The position numbers and the translations under genes are program-made. A stretch of DNA of 44,236 bases. Origin: an uncultured Methanosarcinales archaeon (GTDB lineage: Archaea > Nanobdellota > Nanobdellia > Woesearchaeales > UBA12501). The notes beneath the pieces were generated by a model. That model did no database searches and was not told the origin of the DNA. It was given only the letters and a program-made list of their open reading frames with translations. The stretch is taken from the NCBI GenBank assembly GCA_964397315.1, contig CAYNHV010000008.1, positions 1-44,236 on the forward strand, given 5' to 3'. Positions 1-12,292 of this stretch are shown piece by piece (position 1 is the first letter of the stretch; the number at the start of each line of letters is the position of its first letter).

Positions 1-500
1 TCAACATGTCCCCGGAGGGAAAATCCGAATTTCCCCCACAAAGTGGGACACGACCCAATTCCAAAGTCCTCATAACCTTTCAACTGAACCCTCGAATGAA
101 AATAAGCCAGAGTTCGCATTTCTTTTTCATCGAGATAGAAAATTATAACGAGGAAATTGAAGATGGGCCAATCGCAATTGGAAAAGAAACTTGAAAAGGA
201 AGTATTTGAGAACCTGCCGGAATGGTGCAAGAACATTCTGAAGTTCACAGAGAAATACAAACATTTATATAAAAGCGATGCTCTCAAGAATAAGACAAAA
301 AAATAAGCTCAAAGGAGGGGCGATATTCCGGAAGCGGTCTGCCCGGCCGGGGCGTTGTTTGTTATCAGGCCTCTCGTCCTCACCAGGGGCTTAGCTTCTT
401 GCTTCTCTCACCAAACATGAACTCAAGCATTACACAACAGCCATGACTCCCAGGCCTCCCATCACAAGCTTTATAAATCACCCCTAAATCCTGTGTTTTC

Positions 501-602
501 ATGAAAAGAAGCTCCCGCAGATGGAAGAAGCCCCGCCAGATGAGGTGGAAGTGGCAGAGGAAGAGGATGAAGAAGGAGAAAAGGAGAAGGGCCAAGAAGT
601 AA
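501..602 (+). CDS. rpl41e: Ribosomal protein eL41/eS32 (L41e), 33 aa
   Basis: Translated by hand (below ORF-track cutoff): MKRSSRRWKKPRQMRWKWQRKRMKKEKRRRAKK*, matching the archaeal L41e pattern MKRSSRRWKK..MRWKW; TATA-like tttataaa at ~470. Confidence 0.9.
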   Translation: MKRSSRRWKKPRQMRWKWQRKRMKKEKRRRAKK

Positions 603-643
603 GAATAAAGCCATCTCGCTAGTTCTAACTATATACTGAAAAT

Positions 644-661
644 GCAAAAACTTTATAAATG
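644..661 (+). promoter_or_regulatory. BRE/TATA promoter for rRNA operon leader
   Basis: gcaaaaactttataaat ~210 nt upstream of the 16S. Confidence 0.55.
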
Positions 662-1109
662 ACCTCCTTTCCCATCAGTATCACTAATCGTGGCGATTAG
701 TAGATCTTCTGCATCGGAAGGCTTTTAGGGGAAAGCTTTCTTGCAAGAATCACCACCATACTTCTCTAATTCAGAGAGGATTTCCATACTTAGCTAAGCC
801 TAAGTATGCCTGGAAAACTGAAAAAGCGACCCGCTATGAACTGTCTTTAAGACAGCCTTGTAAATGAATTCCCGTTGATCCTGCGGGAGGTTGCTGCTAT
901 TGGGATTCGACTAAGCCATGCAAGTCAGGGGTTCTTCGGAACACCGGCAAAAGGCTCAGTAACACGTTGATAATCTGCCTTTGGGTCCGGGATAACCTTG
1001 GGAAACTGAGGCTAACACCGGATATGGAAAATGCTCTGGAAGGACATTTTCCTGAAAGGAAACGCCTAAAGATGAGTCAGCGGCGGATTAGGTTGTTGGT
1101 GGGGTAATG

Positions 1110-1155
1110 AAGCCAAAACAAAGTTTCGGGTTTTTGAAACCCGTGGTTTTTACAA
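1110..1155 (+). other. 46-nt BHB-type intron in 16S (helix 11 loop)
   Basis: Removal restores GGTGGGGTAATG|GCCCACC; central helix GTAA/TTAC with bulges TG^A and AA^G; internal hairpin CGGGTTT-TTG-AAACCCG. Confidence 0.8.
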
Positions 1156-1227
1156 GCCCACCAAGCCGAAGATCCGTACGGGCCATGAGAGTGGTAGCCC
1201 GGAGAAGGACACTGAGATACTGGTCCT

Positions 1228-1258
<31 letters not shown>

Positions 1259-1641
1259 CCACAATGCACGAAAGTGTGATGGGGGGATCCCAAGTGCTCA
1301 TGCTCTGCATGGGCTTTTGCCATGAGTAAAAATCATGGCGAATAAGCGGTGGGAAAGACTGGTGCCAGCCGCCGCGGTAACACCAGCGCCGCAAGTGGCA
1401 ACCGCGATTATTGGGCCTAAAGCGTCCGTAGCCGGTTCAGTAAATCTTTTGTGAAATTGTCAGGCTCAACCTGACAGCGCGCAGAAGACACTGCTGGACT
1501 TGAGACCGGGAGGGGCCGGAGGTATTTCTGGGGGAGCGGTAAAATGTTATAATCCCAGGAGGACCACCTATGGCGAAGGCATCCGGCCAGAACGGATCTG
1601 ACGGTGAGGGACGAAAGCTAGGGGAGCAAAACGGATTAGAT

Positions 1642-1774
1642 ACATCTTTTGCGAAAAGCTGTACCAAAAGCATGCAATGCGGGATTCAATGCCTTGAATC
1701 CCGCTGAACGATGCTGTTTTTGCTTGCAAAGGAATACTGCAGCATGCATGCTGAATGCGCGAAAGGTGCTAATT
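1642..1774 (+). other. 133-nt BHB intron in 16S (790 loop)
   Basis: Removal restores GGATTAGAT|ACCC; central helix TTAG/CTAA, bulges AT^A and TT^A, intron stem CATCTTTTGCG/CGCGAAAGGTG; too short to encode a homing endonuclease. Confidence 0.9.
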
Positions 1775-1888
1775 ACCCGAGTAGTCCTAGCTGTAAACTC
1801 TGCGAGCCAGATGTTGCGCATTTTTCGTGAATGTGCAGTATCGAAACGAAGGTGTTAAGCTCGCCGCCTGGGAAGTACGGTCGCAAGG

Positions 1889-1930
<42 letters not shown>

Positions 1931-2353
1931 CGGCGTGCGGTTTAATCTAATTCCACACAGAGAATCTCACCAGAGGCGACGGCAGGATGAAAGTCAGTCT
2001 AAAGGGCTTACTTGACGAGCCGAGAGGTAGTGCATGGCCGCCGTCAGCTCGTACTGTAAGGTGTCCTGTTAAGTCAGGCAACGAGCGAGACCTGTATCTA
2101 CAATTGCCAGCAGGCCATCAGGTGACTGGGCACTTTGTAGGAACTGCCTTGGGAACAAGGAGGAAGGTGCAGGCAACGGTAGGTCTGTATGCTCCGAATC
2201 TTCTGGGCTACACGCGCGCAACAATGGCGGAGACAATGGGATACGACTCCGAAAGGAGGAGTTAAGCCTCTAAACTCTGTCCAGGTCCAGATCGAGGGTT
2301 GTAACTCACCCTCGTGACGCTGGAATCCCTAGTAATCGGAAGTTATCAGCTTC

Positions 2354-2399
<46 letters not shown>

Positions 2400-2574
2400 T
2401 CGAGCAGGGCTTGAGTGAGGGTTAGTTCCTTTGATTAATCCGAACTTAAGCTCAGTGAGAAGGGTTAAGTCGTCACAAGGTAGCTGTAGGGGAACCTGCA
2501 GCTGGATCACCTCCTTTTTTAAACCAAAGACAGAAGGGTCGCTTTTTCAGTTTCCTTATTACAATCAAAAATAT

Positions 2575-2696
2575 GGGCCTGTAGCTCAGCCATGGGAGCG
2601 TGTTACGCTACCCTCGGACGCAACGCTAAGTGGGATATTCCTCGCTTTGCTCGGAAATCCCACGACCAGAAGCATTGCATTAGGCGTTACAGGCCT
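2575..2696 (+). pseudogene. tRNA-Ala-like degenerate duplicate carrying a hairpin element
   Basis: Leader and first 17 nt match the real tRNA-Ala (ATATGGGCCTGTAGCTCAGCC); closes with TACAGGCCT; no normal anticodon or T arm. Confidence 0.5.
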
Positions 2697-2712
2697 GAAG
2701 AATCAAACATAT

Positions 2713-2891
2713 GGGCCTGTAGCTCAGCCTGGTAGAGCATCGCCCTTGCAAGGCGGGGGCCGTGGGTTCGAAACAGCCGGTTACGCTCAGCTGGCGCGCA
2801 ACAGCAAGGCCCATTCAACTGCGTTGAATGGACCGAATAATGTTGCAAACCCGCACAATGTTACTGGTTGGCGAAAGTCCCGCCGGGTCCA
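2713..2891 (+). tRNA. tRNA-Ala(TGC) with 105-nt T-loop intron (2773-2877)
   Basis: Acceptor GGGCCTG/CGGGTCC, anticodon loop CTTGCAA; removing the intron restores GGGTTCGAA|TCCC; BHB TTCG/CGAA with bulges AA^A and AG^T. Confidence 0.92.
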
Positions 2892-3110
2892 TTCAAGAAA
2901 GCAATTTTTTCGACTTCAGTCGGAAAAATTGGTTTTTGAATGCTTAATAATGCCAGATGACTGAAAGGAGTCGGGATTTTGTACGAACACATTAAATCAC
3001 TTTCATTATTCACTAATGAAAGGCATTCAGTACCTTGTATTGAATGCCTGGCAAAGATATGATCACTGATCACGTTCATATTGATGAAGCCATGCATAAG
3101 TAAAGCACCA

Positions 3111-5991
<2,881 letters not shown>

Positions 5992-6253
5992 GTCCTGCTT
6001 TACTTATGCATGGCTCTTCATTTATTCTTTTATCTTGTTTTATCAGACTATGCTCATATTCAGTACTGTATGACATAGCTGCGCTAATATACTGATATCT
6101 GCACAAACTGCCCTCCAGTTAATAAAGTTCTGAACCCAGCTCCGGAAGGTATTCGTGAAACACACGCATGAGCGGGAGATATGCGTAATGGAACGGAAAT
6201 ATGCCTGTTTTGCCAGGCAAAGTCTTATAATAAACAGCCTGCTTAACAAGACC

Positions 6254-6694
6254 ATGCAGCAATACAGGAAACTCAAGGTGTGGAGGGACTCCTACAATCT
6301 GGTGCTTGACGTGTACAAGGCAACAGAGAATTTCCCAAAGAATGAGGAGAACAACATAATAGCACAGATGAGAAGATCCGCCATGTCAATTCCAGCCAAC
6401 ATTGCAGAAGGAGCATCCTCAATGTTTGACAGGAATTTTTTCTCTCATCTCAGCATTGCTTATGCATCAGGGAAAGAGATGGAGAATTTCCTGATGCTCT
6501 CAAAAGACTTGGGATACATTGATGAGGAAGCGTTCAAGACCATGTTTGAAAGGCTTGACAGGCTCAACTCCCAGACTTACAATCTTTTGCAGAAGCTTGA
6601 ACTGAGGCTTGAGGCAAAGAGAAAGGTGAAGACTCCTCATGAAGCAGGTCTTAAAAGGCTGACCAGCTACACAAAGCTGAAGAAACAAGGCTGA
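6254..6694 (+). CDS. Four-helix-bundle protein (23S rRNA IVP / bAvd-like family)
   Basis: YRKLKVW...FPKNE...QMRRSAMSIPANIAEG...IAYAS..E motifs; ATG at 6254 chosen as likely start. Confidence 0.88.
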   Translation: MQQYRKLKVWRDSYNLVLDVYKATENFPKNEENNIIAQMRRSAMSIPANIAEGASSMFDRNFFSHLSIAYASGKEMENFLMLSKDLGYIDEEAFKTMFERLDRLNSQTYNLLQKLELRLEAKRKVKTPHEAGLKRLTSYTKLKKQG

Positions 6695-6929
6695 AAAATC
6701 TTAAAAATAGGGGAGAATCAGGAAATCAGAGGTAAACTGTCCTTGACTGTTTCCTGTAACTTGCTGTGTCAATCATGGATATTTCTTTTTCTACAATCCC
6801 TATTCTTTCCTCAAGGTCCTTTCCCATGAACCTGAAGCATATCAGGCCGTGACCGTCAATGCTTTTCCTCTTCTTCTCAAGCTTGAGAAGGTAGGATGCA
6901 TCATAATAAGTTTGTAATCGCTCTCTTTA

Positions 6930-8381
6930 TCAATCATCAGCTTGATATTGGAAACCGACCTCCTCATCCAGCTCCCCATAATCTGATATCTCCTCATTAT
7001 ATGTCTCACGAGCCTCTTTCATCCTCTTCAACTCAGCTGATCCAATGCCCTTATGCAGAACATATCCATCAAAAGTTACCCGGTTAGTCTCTATTCTTGG
7101 TATCTTGTATGTGTTTGAGGATGGAAAAGCGCATCCTCCCCAGGCGTGCATTGCTGCCACGAACCTGTACTCTTTCCCGTGATATGTGACAGAAGGGGCT
7201 TCTCTGCCAAAATCATTAGGCAGCGCGCCGTAAGGATACGCCACCAGGCCCACTTGGGATACATCCTCGCCAAGATATTTCTCAAGCTCTTCCATCACCT
7301 TTCCCAGCTCTTTTTCTATCTCCTGTCTGCCCGCCTGCCTCATGCTGATATGGTTGTAGGTGTGGTTCCCTACGGTAAGGCCTTCTTTAACGAGTCTGTT
7401 TATCTTCAGCCCCTCATAGCCCTTTTGGCCGAAAGGCACAGCATCATCCTCCCCTCCGTTTTTTGAGAAATCCACAAAAAAAGTGGCTTCAAAGCCGAAA
7501 TCAGGAGATCTCTCGTAAAAATCCTTCATTATGGCAAAGGCGCAGTCAGGGTCAAGAACGGGATTTCCGCCTTCATCAAGCTTAACCCTTCCACCCTCTT
7601 CAATGTAGCTGAACTGGCCTTTAGTTGAATCATCAAAAGTTATCACTGCAGGCTTCCTTCCCACAGGAACAGAGCTGAGATCCTCATTCAAGAGCTCTTC
7701 AAGAGAGATGAGGGTGAAATTTTTCTCATAAAGCCTTTGCAGCTGCTGCCTGAACTCCTCAGGCTTAACATTGTACCTGTCATAACCGGGGATGTCTTTA
7801 ATCTTGTGGTACATCAGAACAGGAACTCCTGCAGAGAGTATTTTTTGGGTCTCAGCAGGAGAGTAGGGACTGGCTTCGTCTGCTGGTTTTTCTGCGACTG
7901 CCTCTGTAGAGGAAACGCCCTTTTCCTCAAGAAAATAAGCGCTGTCTGAAGAGGGCAAGATTTCTTCCCTTTTTTCATAAGATGGATTTGGAGTCAGAAG
8001 AGAGGGCTTTACAAGATTGATAGAAAAAAATGAGAGGAGAGCGGAAAGTGACATACCAAAAACAAATGCGCCTGCCATGACCGTGTTTCTTAGTCTCTTA
8101 TGTTTTTTTTCGGCACCAGATGTCTTATAAAGCAAAGCAGACCTCACTTTTTCCTCAAGGGCTTTTGTATCTGAAGATTCAGAGATGCTCCATTCTGTTT
8201 CACATGATGTCCTGGCATAAGGGACAATAGAGCTGATTTCCTCCCTGTCAGGAAGCCCGCTCACCAGGGGTATGTATCTGAGACCGACGCCTTCCATGGG
8301 CCATGGGCCATGATGGTTCAGGAGCTTTTCAACTCCGCTGGAATTTTCTGCAGTTCCCCTTATCTTGTTTTCGTTCTTCAA
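6930..8381 (-). CDS. Membrane-anchored polysaccharide deacetylase (CE4/NodB, IcaB/PgaB-like)
   Basis: PVLMYH, TFDD, GNHTYNH and AYPYG motifs; TM segment at ~aa 100-122. Confidence 0.88.
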   Translation of the reverse strand: MKNENKIRGTAENSSGVEKLLNHHGPWPMEGVGLRYIPLVSGLPDREEISSIVPYARTSCETEWSISESSDTKALEEKVRSALLYKTSGAEKKHKRLRNTVMAGAFVFGMSLSALLSFFSINLVKPSLLTPNPSYEKREEILPSSDSAYFLEEKGVSSTEAVAEKPADEASPYSPAETQKILSAGVPVLMYHKIKDIPGYDRYNVKPEEFRQQLQRLYEKNFTLISLEELLNEDLSSVPVGRKPAVITFDDSTKGQFSYIEEGGRVKLDEGGNPVLDPDCAFAIMKDFYERSPDFGFEATFFVDFSKNGGEDDAVPFGQKGYEGLKINRLVKEGLTVGNHTYNHISMRQAGRQEIEKELGKVMEELEKYLGEDVSQVGLVAYPYGALPNDFGREAPSVTYHGKEYRFVAAMHAWGGCAFPSSNTYKIPRIETNRVTFDGYVLHKGIGSAELKRMKEARETYNEEISDYGELDEEVGFQYQADD

Positions 8382-8440
8382 GCTATCACCTGTATTATCT
8401 TAGAGCTACAGCTAACCAAAAACACAAAGCAGGATCAGGT

Positions 8441-10237
8441 TCAGTACTCTTCCATCTCCTGCCTGTTCTTTACGAGCTCTGGTGGAAAGTGAACATGAGT
8501 GTCTCTGTCCATTATTTCCGAAAAAGAGGGGTTAAGGCGGCGGTTATATTTCAGCACAATGCCTGCATGACCCGCGCTTCCTGTCACAGCCTTTGCTATG
8601 TCTTCAATCCTCTCCCCCTTTTCTGCAGGATAATAATCCCTGGAATACACTTTATCTGAAGATGATTTAGGATCTTCCACAAACCATATCCTGTGGAGCT
8701 CTTCCCTGTTTTTTGCCAGCTCATCAGGTATTACAAGATACTGGTTAACGTATATGAGGTTGGGATTGTCTATGCCATTATGCTCGGCAATGTCCGGATA
8801 ATTTTGGGACGTTCCACTGACTTCCTTGGATATGTCAGAGAGAGTGTCTCCTTTCCTCACAGCATAGACCCACACCTTTGGGTGGTTTTTATAAGGAAAT
8901 GCGCCTAAAGAAGGGTCATCACCCTCTTTAGTGGATGCCTGATTGCGGCCTCCACCGCTTATAGAACGGCTTTCTGACTTATTTCTTTCCAGCGCGCTGT
9001 TAAGGTAGCCTACTCCTTTCACACCCCCATATAAGAGCATGGAGGATAAGACAAACACCCCTCCTGTCTTTGCCAAGAGCCATGAGGTGCTCTTAAAATT
9101 GTCCTTGAATCTTTCAACTCTTGCAATTTCTGACTCAAGCCTTTCCCTGTAAGCAGCCGTCTTTGTGTTTATCTTTTCTATATGGCCTGCGTAGGATTGT
9201 GCAGAGAGAGAGGAGTTATCCTGATTTCTTCTTTTCTCGTTCTCAAGCTCCTGAAGTTCTGAGCTGACATTCCCTAAGTCCCTGAGATTTTTCCTGAATG
9301 AGACATATCTGGAAGTTCTGAATACTATGCTGGCCAGGCCGGGAGGGGAGTTTTCCATCTCCTGGAATATCTGATCCGCCTTTTTCCTGAGGCTTTCCAT
9401 GTTCTCCTTCATGCCTCTCCAGTAATTCTCAATCTCCGAATCAATACCATTCCTGACATCTGAAAGAGTATTCAAAAGAGCTTCTTTTTGTTCTGAGAGT
9501 TCCTCTCTCCGGCACTCAGAAGCCTCATTAATGTAACAATCTATCTTCTGGAGAGCCTCCTTAAGCTGTTCCAGGGTGTAGGCATCCTGCTGGCTTTGGA
9601 TATTCTCTGTATCGTTCCTGATGCTGTCCATTCTCTCCTTTCTCTTTTTCGTCCGGAAATATTCCATGCCCGCTCTCGCCCCCCTCATTACCTTATCATG
9701 TATAGGAGCATCATCATTGAGCAGGTCGTTTATTGCACCTGTGGTGGCGGACATCCTGTCCAGGAACACCAGGCCCTTTAAATCCTTTATATCCCCAGCC
9801 TCATCTATCATATTCACGATTTCGCTGTTATTCAGAAGACAGCAGTAAGCAGTATAAAGCATGCTCAGGCCCAGGTCATCTTTTCCAGTATCATCCTTCT
9901 CTTCACTTCTTGGGATGTCTCCCTTAACACACGATGTATCAATAGATGATAACTTTTCAACACAATGCTTAAGCAGGGTTTCCTCCCCCCCATTCATCCT
10001 GTCATAGAGAGTCTCTGCATCACTAACTCCAAAATCAAGGCAGTAATCAGCCACAATAAGGGAGCCTGGGTCTGAGGAAGGCGCTTCTTTCTCGTTGAGG
10101 TTCTCAATAAGGTAGGACCACAGCAGCCGGTCCTCAAGGTCTCTTCTTTCTGTATCGTTAGGAGGCTTCCCTGAAAAAAGGGATACAAACTTCTCCTCAA
10201 GGCCTTCCTTTTCCTCCCTTGTATCAAATTCCGTCAT
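8441..10237 (-). CDS. Coiled-coil, single-TM protein with C-terminal LysM domain(s)
   Basis: YAVRKGDTLSDISK...IAEHNGIDNPNLIYVNQYLVIP; second degenerate LysM (PAEKGERIEDIAK); TM WLLAKTGGVFVLSSMLLYGG. Confidence 0.85.
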   Translation of the reverse strand: MTEFDTREEKEGLEEKFVSLFSGKPPNDTERRDLEDRLLWSYLIENLNEKEAPSSDPGSLIVADYCLDFGVSDAETLYDRMNGGEETLLKHCVEKLSSIDTSCVKGDIPRSEEKDDTGKDDLGLSMLYTAYCCLLNNSEIVNMIDEAGDIKDLKGLVFLDRMSATTGAINDLLNDDAPIHDKVMRGARAGMEYFRTKKRKERMDSIRNDTENIQSQQDAYTLEQLKEALQKIDCYINEASECRREELSEQKEALLNTLSDVRNGIDSEIENYWRGMKENMESLRKKADQIFQEMENSPPGLASIVFRTSRYVSFRKNLRDLGNVSSELQELENEKRRNQDNSSLSAQSYAGHIEKINTKTAAYRERLESEIARVERFKDNFKSTSWLLAKTGGVFVLSSMLLYGGVKGVGYLNSALERNKSESRSISGGGRNQASTKEGDDPSLGAFPYKNHPKVWVYAVRKGDTLSDISKEVSGTSQNYPDIAEHNGIDNPNLIYVNQYLVIPDELAKNREELHRIWFVEDPKSSSDKVYSRDYYPAEKGERIEDIAKAVTGSAGHAGIVLKYNRRLNPSFSEIMDRDTHVHFPPELVKNRQEMEEY

Positions 10238-10239
10238 TT

Positions 10240-11355
10240 TTATCTTCTCATCCTGACAAATCTTGATCTTGCTGTTTCATCATCCAACACCCTGTATTCC
10301 TGATGATGAATGTCATAAGTATGGTAAGCGGGGTCGGCAAGGATTAATTCTCCACCGATTCTGACTCCTGCACAAGCATGGCGCACCTTCTTACCCTTAT
10401 TATCCCTGGAAACAAAAACATAATTCGCTTCTAATTTAGCCAGCCGGGCCATGGTCACATACAGGTATGCCATCTCTCCGCAGACTCCCTCTTTGGTCTT
10501 TGCAACCTCCTCGCTGTTGCGATACCCCGCCCCCCCTCTCATCTTTTTTCCGTAACTGACATGAACATTAATCCACTGAAATATCTTTTTTGCTTTCTGC
10601 TCATCTGTCATATTGCTTCTGTTCATTTCCTGAGCGACTGCCATAGCTATGTTTGAGATGTTGAAAGGAATGTTCATGTCCCTCTCCACCACCACCATGT
10701 TGTAAGCATCATCCATGCTTATACCTTCAAAGGAGTATGGTGTTGCAGGGTTTGTCCTTCTTCTGATCTCATTAAGGCTTCTTTCTATTAGTTCCTTATT
10801 TTCTGACATTTCCTCATAATTGGAGATCTCTCTTTTGAGGGAGGCTATCCTGTCCTTCAGGGAGCTGTTCAGCTGGTTTTTTTCTTCAAGCTCATCCTGC
10901 GCGCTCTCAAGCCTGTCTCTCAAAGAAGCTGTTTTTCTCTCAAGAGTGCTGTTCAGGCGGCTTTTGCTCTCCACATCTTCCCCCAGATTTTCCACGTCTG
11001 CTTTTATGGAATCCAGCTTATTGTGGTAACGCTCCTCCAGCCTGCTTACTTTAGTTTCCAGCCTGTTCTGGTATTCTGCCTGCACATGCTGCTTTACACC
11101 ATAGGAGGCCCCGACGCCCAAGCTGGTTATTAGTGCTGCGTAAAACAGCACTTTAGCCCCTCTCCTTCCTCTGGAGGGGCTGCCAGCGCTCCATGTATGA
11201 TCATCACCAGATATTTCCGGTTCATCAGCCACTACAGAATCTCCTCCTGCGGCAGATCTTGTCCTCTTTATTTCCTCAACAAGGCTGAAGCCTGAATTAG
11301 CTCTATTCGCAGACTTATTTCTCCTTATCTCCTTGATTAGGTTTGATTCTTCCAT
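10240..11355 (-). CDS. Membrane-anchored transglutaminase-like cysteine protease with coiled coil
   Basis: Cys-His-Asp triad GVCGEMA / HACAG / LADP; TM VLFYAALITSLGVGASYGV. Confidence 0.85.
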   Translation of the reverse strand: MEESNLIKEIRRNKSANRANSGFSLVEEIKRTRSAAGGDSVVADEPEISGDDHTWSAGSPSRGRRGAKVLFYAALITSLGVGASYGVKQHVQAEYQNRLETKVSRLEERYHNKLDSIKADVENLGEDVESKSRLNSTLERKTASLRDRLESAQDELEEKNQLNSSLKDRIASLKREISNYEEMSENKELIERSLNEIRRRTNPATPYSFEGISMDDAYNMVVVERDMNIPFNISNIAMAVAQEMNRSNMTDEQKAKKIFQWINVHVSYGKKMRGGAGYRNSEEVAKTKEGVCGEMAYLYVTMARLAKLEANYVFVSRDNKGKKVRHACAGVRIGGELILADPAYHTYDIHHQEYRVLDDETARSRFVRMRR

Positions 11356-11412
11356 TTTAGCCTTTGTTATTCTTCTCGACCTGCTTTTTTATATTAGGAG
11401 ACAACATTCAGT

Positions 11413-12291
11413 TTAATCCTTGTCTTCAACAGCACAGCTCAGGTTGCTTGTTTCACTTAGATACATACTCTTTATCAACTCAGGCAGATTTCCTGCATCT
11501 TCAAGCTCCATGAAAAACTTGTTGTGGTCCACAAAACCTCTCTGAATTTTGCTGCATAATCCTTTATGTGTTTGATCTCCGCAGTTTATTACGTACATGT
11601 TTTTTATTCTGCCTTTAAGCTCTTCCAGCTCTTTTTTGTAATCAACATTATAGGGACACCCCATGTCTCCTCCCTTAAATCCTGACACTCCATGAGGAAC
11701 AGAATCAATCATGAGTGTGAGAATGGTAGGCTGATCGTAAGTTCTTTTGTTTAATTCCTTAAAAAGACATTCGTACGCTTCAGCTTGATCTCTATTACTT
11801 ACCCTGTAGATTTCTATACTCTCAAGATTCTTTTTTATTCCTTCCACATCCTGGGAGGAGTTGGTTATTTGTATTACAGGGTAAAATTCCGTATTTTTGC
11901 CCTTTTCCTGCTTTAGATTAGGGGGTTTAGGTCGCTGGTTTGCCTCGTGGTCCCCCACACCCGCAATAGTGATATCCATATCTGCTTGTTTAAACAAAGC
12001 CTCGCATATGCACTCTATGTTTGATTTCACTTCTGAAATGAAAGGAAACATACTATAAGTAGTGTCAAATGCAATTATTGCAGAATATCTCTCTTTTTTG
12101 GCAGGTTCTGGCAGATCATCCTTTATCTTAGCACGTCCCTCTTTAACACTGAGCAGTATTTCATAATCCTTATCATAGTCAGATCCATGCTTTTGCTCCC
12201 TTATCTTCCTCACCAGCTCGGATTCCAGGGGGGGAATTACTCTGCCTTTTGCCTTAGACTTCTTTAGTTGCCGTATCAGGTCATTTACCAT
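11413..12291 (-). CDS. von Willebrand factor A (vWA) domain protein
   Basis: MIDAS-like FDTTYSM, AEAY, IDSVPHG; start at 12291 follows a GGAGGT RBS. Confidence 0.8.
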   Translation of the reverse strand: MVNDLIRQLKKSKAKGRVIPPLESELVRKIREQKHGSDYDKDYEILLSVKEGRAKIKDDLPEPAKKERYSAIIAFDTTYSMFPFISEVKSNIECICEALFKQADMDITIAGVGDHEANQRPKPPNLKQEKGKNTEFYPVIQITNSSQDVEGIKKNLESIEIYRVSNRDQAEAYECLFKELNKRTYDQPTILTLMIDSVPHGVSGFKGGDMGCPYNVDYKKELEELKGRIKNMYVINCGDQTHKGLCSKIQRGFVDHNKFFMELEDAGNLPELIKSMYLSETSNLSCAVEDKD

Positions 12292-12292
12292 T

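Noticed and set aside
6..194. 62-aa ORF at the window edge
   Set aside because: May be the tail of an upstream gene; no recognisable motif
5992..6250. 5S rRNA after the 23S
   Set aside because: No CCGAAC/GAAGTTAAG-type 5S motifs found; 5S is presumably unlinked
6254..6694. Diversity-generating retroelement suggested by the Avd-like fold
   Set aside because: No reverse transcriptase and no TR/VR pair differing at adenines in the window
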